Origin: Moniliella sp. 'wahieum'
Taxonomy: Eukaryota
Length of the DNA stretch: 46,162 bases
Reading direction: 5' to 3'
Assembly (NCBI GenBank): GCA_003971905.1
Contig: RSEE01000156.1
Coordinates: forward strand, 62,001 to 108,162
Shown here: piece after piece, positions 42,034 through 46,162 of the stretch
How positions within the stretch are numbered: position 1 is the first letter of the stretch
How the letters are laid out: every line of letters starts with the position of its first letter
Position numbers and translations under genes: made by a program
Notes under the pieces: generated by a model
Database searches by the model: none
The model's input: only the letters and a program-made list of their open reading frames with translations
What the model was told of the DNA's origin: nothing

Positions 42034-43370
42034 CTACAACGTCGGCGTCCACTTGCACCCGGCCTCGCGGGCCAGTTGGGCCTCGAGGGCAACAGCCTCC
42101 TTGAGTGCAGTGCCGAGGTAGACCTTCTTCTCCTCTGTCACAGGCTGGAGAGGCTGACGCGGTGCACCCAAGTCGACCCCCCACACGTGGCTGGTCGCCC
42201 CTTGGTCCCTGGGATACCTGTTTTGGCACAGGCCAATCGGCCTCGGCGACGAGCGCTTGCAGGTGCTGGGCTTCGGCAAGCGCACTGCGGTCCCCAACCG
42301 CAGCTTGGGCGGATAACGTGCACAGTTTCGCAAGTGTGTGGGTAAGACGTTGCCCGTGCCGGCGATCACTCCGTCCATCCTACCACGTAGCCGGGGAGAA
42401 CAATGTCGGCAAACCCGGGCCAGACGTGGAATGGCGTACCGCGTTTCTGAAGCGCCGTCACAACTCGTTGTCCTTTGCCCACTTGGCCACAGGTAAGCTG
42501 CGTAATGCGTAAATGCGTAATGCGTAACGGCACAGCGCACCAAAACAACGAACGTGGATCAGATCGGATCAGTCAGTCAGTCAATCAGTAGGTAATCCCA
42601 GGTCTTCGCTTCATCCTTCGTCCCTAGTCGGCCACTAGCTCGCAGCACCCGGGCACCAGTCGGCACCTGATTTCCAGGTCTCCAGCCCCCCGTACCTAAA
42701 AAGGGAGGCAGGTAAACGGCAGTAGGTAGGGACAAACGTTTCCTAGGAACAAGATAAGCACGTACCTTGGCGCCGAGAATGTTAGGATGATGAGCAATCT
42801 CAATCAACACGTCGCTGTTCAAGTCGATTCCTGCTGATGCACCGGGAAAGTTGTAGACGAGCACGGGCAGTGGAGAATAATCTGCCACAGCCTGTGGTAC
42901 GCCACCAACGCCTGTGGATCCTGCACCATCGCACTGGCAAAATGCGGTGGTGTCAAGACCAGTACCGCATCGGCCCCGTCTGTCGCTGCATCGTGGCACA
43001 ACAAACTGGTTTCCTGTAACGACCCACCACCTGTGCCCACCACAATCGGGACTGAGCTGCCTACGCTCGCTCGCCGCACCGTTTGCGTAATCAACGACCG
43101 CTCCGCTCGACTTAGGTGCGCAGCTTCCCCGTTTGTGCCCTGCAGCACAAGCCCGCACCCGGCTTGCGCAATCCGCGTGACCAGCTGTTTGAGCGCAGCA
43201 ATGTCCACTTGCGCCTCGGCGTCAAAGGGCGTCAGGATGGGCACGTAGGCGCCCCCGGGATGGGGTGCTGGTGTGCTTAGCGTGCTGGGTGCTTGGCGTG
43301 CTGGGTTCCTGGGAGGTTGACATGGGGTGTGACATGTGATGGCAGACGGATAGGCGATTGGCCCAGCCAC
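42034..43370 (-). CDS. DHDPS/NAL-family class I aldolase (resembles fungal LGA1/GaaC or HOGA1), frameshifted
   Basis: GAYVPILTPF, GLVLQGTNGEAAHLS..ER, IVVGTGGGS..ET, GADAVLVLTPPHF and VADYSPLPVLVYNFPG. Schiff-base Lys lies in NILGAK|LTCG across intron 42765-42498. Start uncertain. Confidence 0.85.
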
Positions 43371-44124
43371 TCTCCCCGCCTCTTCCTTTTATCGGATCGG
43401 CTGCTTAGTAGACTTGTGCTTCCCCCGATGCCCGTGCGCAGAGCAGCTATGCGGACGCGTGACGGCGGATCGGAAACCGATGACCGGAGTGGGCCCAGCC
43501 CAGTCGGCATCATTAATCAGTTAATCAGCCCAAGGGTTATTAATTGCCCCACCTCCACTTGGCCCAACTGGGTGCATAAAAGCAACCCAGCGGCGGCACA
43601 CAAAACAAAACAGTGGAAATGAAATGTTGCATCTGCCTTCCACGTGTGCCGCATGCAACAGGCGCGCAAGCCAAGCAAGGAGGCTTGGTTCAAATTGATT
43701 GACATCGAATATCGACGCCTGGCTTTATCAGCCGCTGTCACATGTCCATCTCACCGCCAGCCACCCAAGCGCCAACCCACACAATCTGGGGCCAACCGGC
43801 CGTTGGTTGCCACAGAGCGATGCAGATGCCCCACCGCCTCCCCCTCTGCTCATGGTGTACCAGCCCACACCACACGTAACCAGGCTGGCCGTCTCAGTGT
43901 GTACCACCTAATGTTGGATAGCTGCCTCCTTTCCATCTCTATCTCCAGTCTTTTGCCCGAGGTGAGCAGATAAGAACAGGGAGGCATCGTACATCTGGGC
44001 CAGACAATTCGGTAGCAAGCATAGACACACACACACCCGTTCCCCTTTCCCCGTTCCCCTTTCCCCCTTCCCCTCCCTCCACGCGTCGATACCGGTACCC
44101 GCTAACGAACCTGGAGAAGACGCC

Positions 44125-45027
44125 CTATTCCTTGGCGTACTTGGCAGTCCATTCGCGCGCCTCGGCAAGAGCCCTGGAAAGAAAGAAAAGCAAGGTTTGA
44201 GTTAGCCCGAACTCTGAACGTTTTGTCCCAAGACCCGCGATAACCCAACCAACAACACCGAATTCCAAATCGAACTGGACACGCAAAACCTACCCGGGCA
44301 GATCGGACTTCCAATGCTCCGCCACGTCGTTGGCCAACGGGTCGTCCGGGTTGGGCGCAGAAGAAGGGCTTGGATGGACAAAGACAGTACGAATCTGAAG
44401 CGCAGGGGACCACTTGTCCTTGAGGATGTCGAGACAGATGCGTCCGAGCTTGTCTGGGAAGCACAGCAAGGAGAAAAAGTCAGGGTGGCGCTTCCAAGGC
44501 GTACATGGCAAAGGAGCTTTTTGTGTCAAACATACCAATGTTGGGGTGGTAGAGCTGAGGCGAACGAGTAACAGAAAAGTCGAGTTAGCGAGCTAGAACG
44601 CCGGCGCTGCATAACCCTCAGGTACCGAAACCTAATCAGAAGGAGTGAGATACGCGGGTCAAGAAGCGGACCTTGGGAGGGGAAAGAGGGTAGTCCTCCA
44701 TCAGGAGAGCTCCAGCTTGAACTTGCCACCTGAGGTGGGTGCCGATGGGTTAAACAAGTGTCAGGTTGCCCAAGCCGCGCACGATAAGAACAAGTGAGAG
44801 AGGTGGGGGGGGGGGGGGTAAGGGGGGTGGGACAAGGGGAGGGTGGGACAAGGGGGAGGGTGGGACAAGGGAAGGGAGAGCAGCGTACCTTCGACGGGCT
44901 GGACTCGGGGCCATCATCACAACATCAAGTACCGCACATTGTCCTCGTGCGGGGTGGCGACGATGCCGGGGACAGGGTCAGCGCTGAGGCGCTGGGTCTC
45001 CTTGATGATGCGTTTGGGCAACGACAT
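44125..45027 (-). CDS. UBC13: Ubiquitin-conjugating enzyme E2 Ubc13 (UBE2N)
   Basis: [91 protein letters not shown] and [11 protein letters not shown]. Several GT-AG introns. Confidence 0.95.
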
Positions 45028-46162
45028 GGGTCGTGCGGGGGCGGCAGCGGTAGGAAAGAGGGATGGGTGGGTGGATGGATGGGAGAGGCCGCCGTGCCAC
45101 GTCCAGTCAGCGGCGATGCTCTTTCGGGCGGAGCGGCTGAGGTTGAATGTTGAAATTGAAGTTTGAGGGCTAGGAGCAACCCTAGCACCGGCAAACCCTA
45201 GTAGGTTGTGCTGCTCTTAAACGACACGCCACGTGTAACGTGTAAACGTAACGACCGCTGGGCTTGGCAACAGGGGATGCTATTGGTGGTCCCTTCGTGC
45301 TTGGGCTGCCCGTCGTAGGCGTGGAGGGTAGGACCAGTGGTGTGTTGCGACGGGAGGATGGATGGGTGGATGGATGGATTGCTGGCCAACATGCGTCGAC
45401 ATGCGCTGACATCCAGCATCCTCTCCGGGTTTCGTTGCCATGGAGAGCCAGTGAGGCAATGTTCAACAACAGTGCCCCCGTGCGGCCAGGGTGGCTTGCG
45501 CGCTGCGCCCACGAGCCCCCCACCCTCACCTGCCCTTGTGCCCGTCGCCGTCAACACCAGCGTGTCTACAACGCCCATTCGAAGACCACTAGTAGGTTGC
45601 TCACGTGGCCATCATTAATCACCCGTGCTCTCCCCCGTCGTCCCCCGTCTTTCCCCTTCCCCCCCACTTTTCGTCCCCCCCCCCCCACCACCACCACACA
45701 CCAGCCCTACGCCCGCTGCTGCGCCATGTATGCTTCCAGCGACACCCGCCGCCGCACTAAAAAAAAAGACAGGCACGCTTCCCTCTTTGGGCCTACCGGC
45801 CCCTCGGCTCCACACTGATTGCTGACTGCTGACTGCTGATTGCTGATTGCTGCGCACCAGGCCATCCGCAGAAAGGTCCAGCTCGAGCTCCGCCGCAAAG
45901 GCGGTGGCCGCCCCGCCCGCTAGAGACCTCCTCCAAACGTGCCCCACCACCACGTGCTCCGCCCGGCACTGTGGCCGCCTTGCGCCCAGGCCCGCCTTGA
46001 CGGTGCCACAGCACATTAGCATCGGGGATGCCAGCCAACTGTGCGCGGCCAAACGCACCGACTGTGTCCTGGGTTGACGATGAACAAGGCCTGGCTGGAA
46101 TCTTCACGGCCAAAGATCTGCGTTCCGTGTCGTTCTGTCGTCTCGCACGCACCCCCCCCCCC

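Noticed and set aside
45615..46162. Possible 3' end of a minus-strand gene entering from the right edge (..ALFIVNPGHS.., putative GTGCGT..GCTAAT intron)
   Set aside because: Too little sequence and no recognisable family to call a feature.

Overview
Eukaryotic, intron-containing, GC-rich DNA from a fungus. A basidiomycete, probably Ustilaginomycotina-like, is inferred from protein style and intron signals. The window holds 13 recognisable protein genes: COG2, an Mtr-like amino-acid permease, COX9, a shortened Sla1-like adaptor, importin-beta/KAP95, a Pac2-type WOPR regulator, a PHD+TFIIS-M (Bye1-like) protein, calcineurin B, EF-1alpha, an M13 metallopeptidase, a CaMKK/Ssp1-like kinase, a DHDPS-family aldolase and UBC13. 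It also holds a tRNA-Ala(AGC). Almost every long gene is broken by 1-bp indels, including essential TEF1 and KAP95. This points to an unpolished long-read consensus, so CDS limits are approximate. The most interesting unexplained signals are: a relic of an RLE-type non-LTR retrotransposon; a window-wide excess of period-7 tandem repeats, many built as a 6-bp palindrome plus 1 nt; two apparently spliced loci with no long ORF, one with an exact 56-bp duplication upstream of CNB1; recurrent AACCCTA telobox-like motifs in promoters; and domain-reduced Sla1-like and Bye1-like proteins. I found no clear-cut novel multi-gene system.
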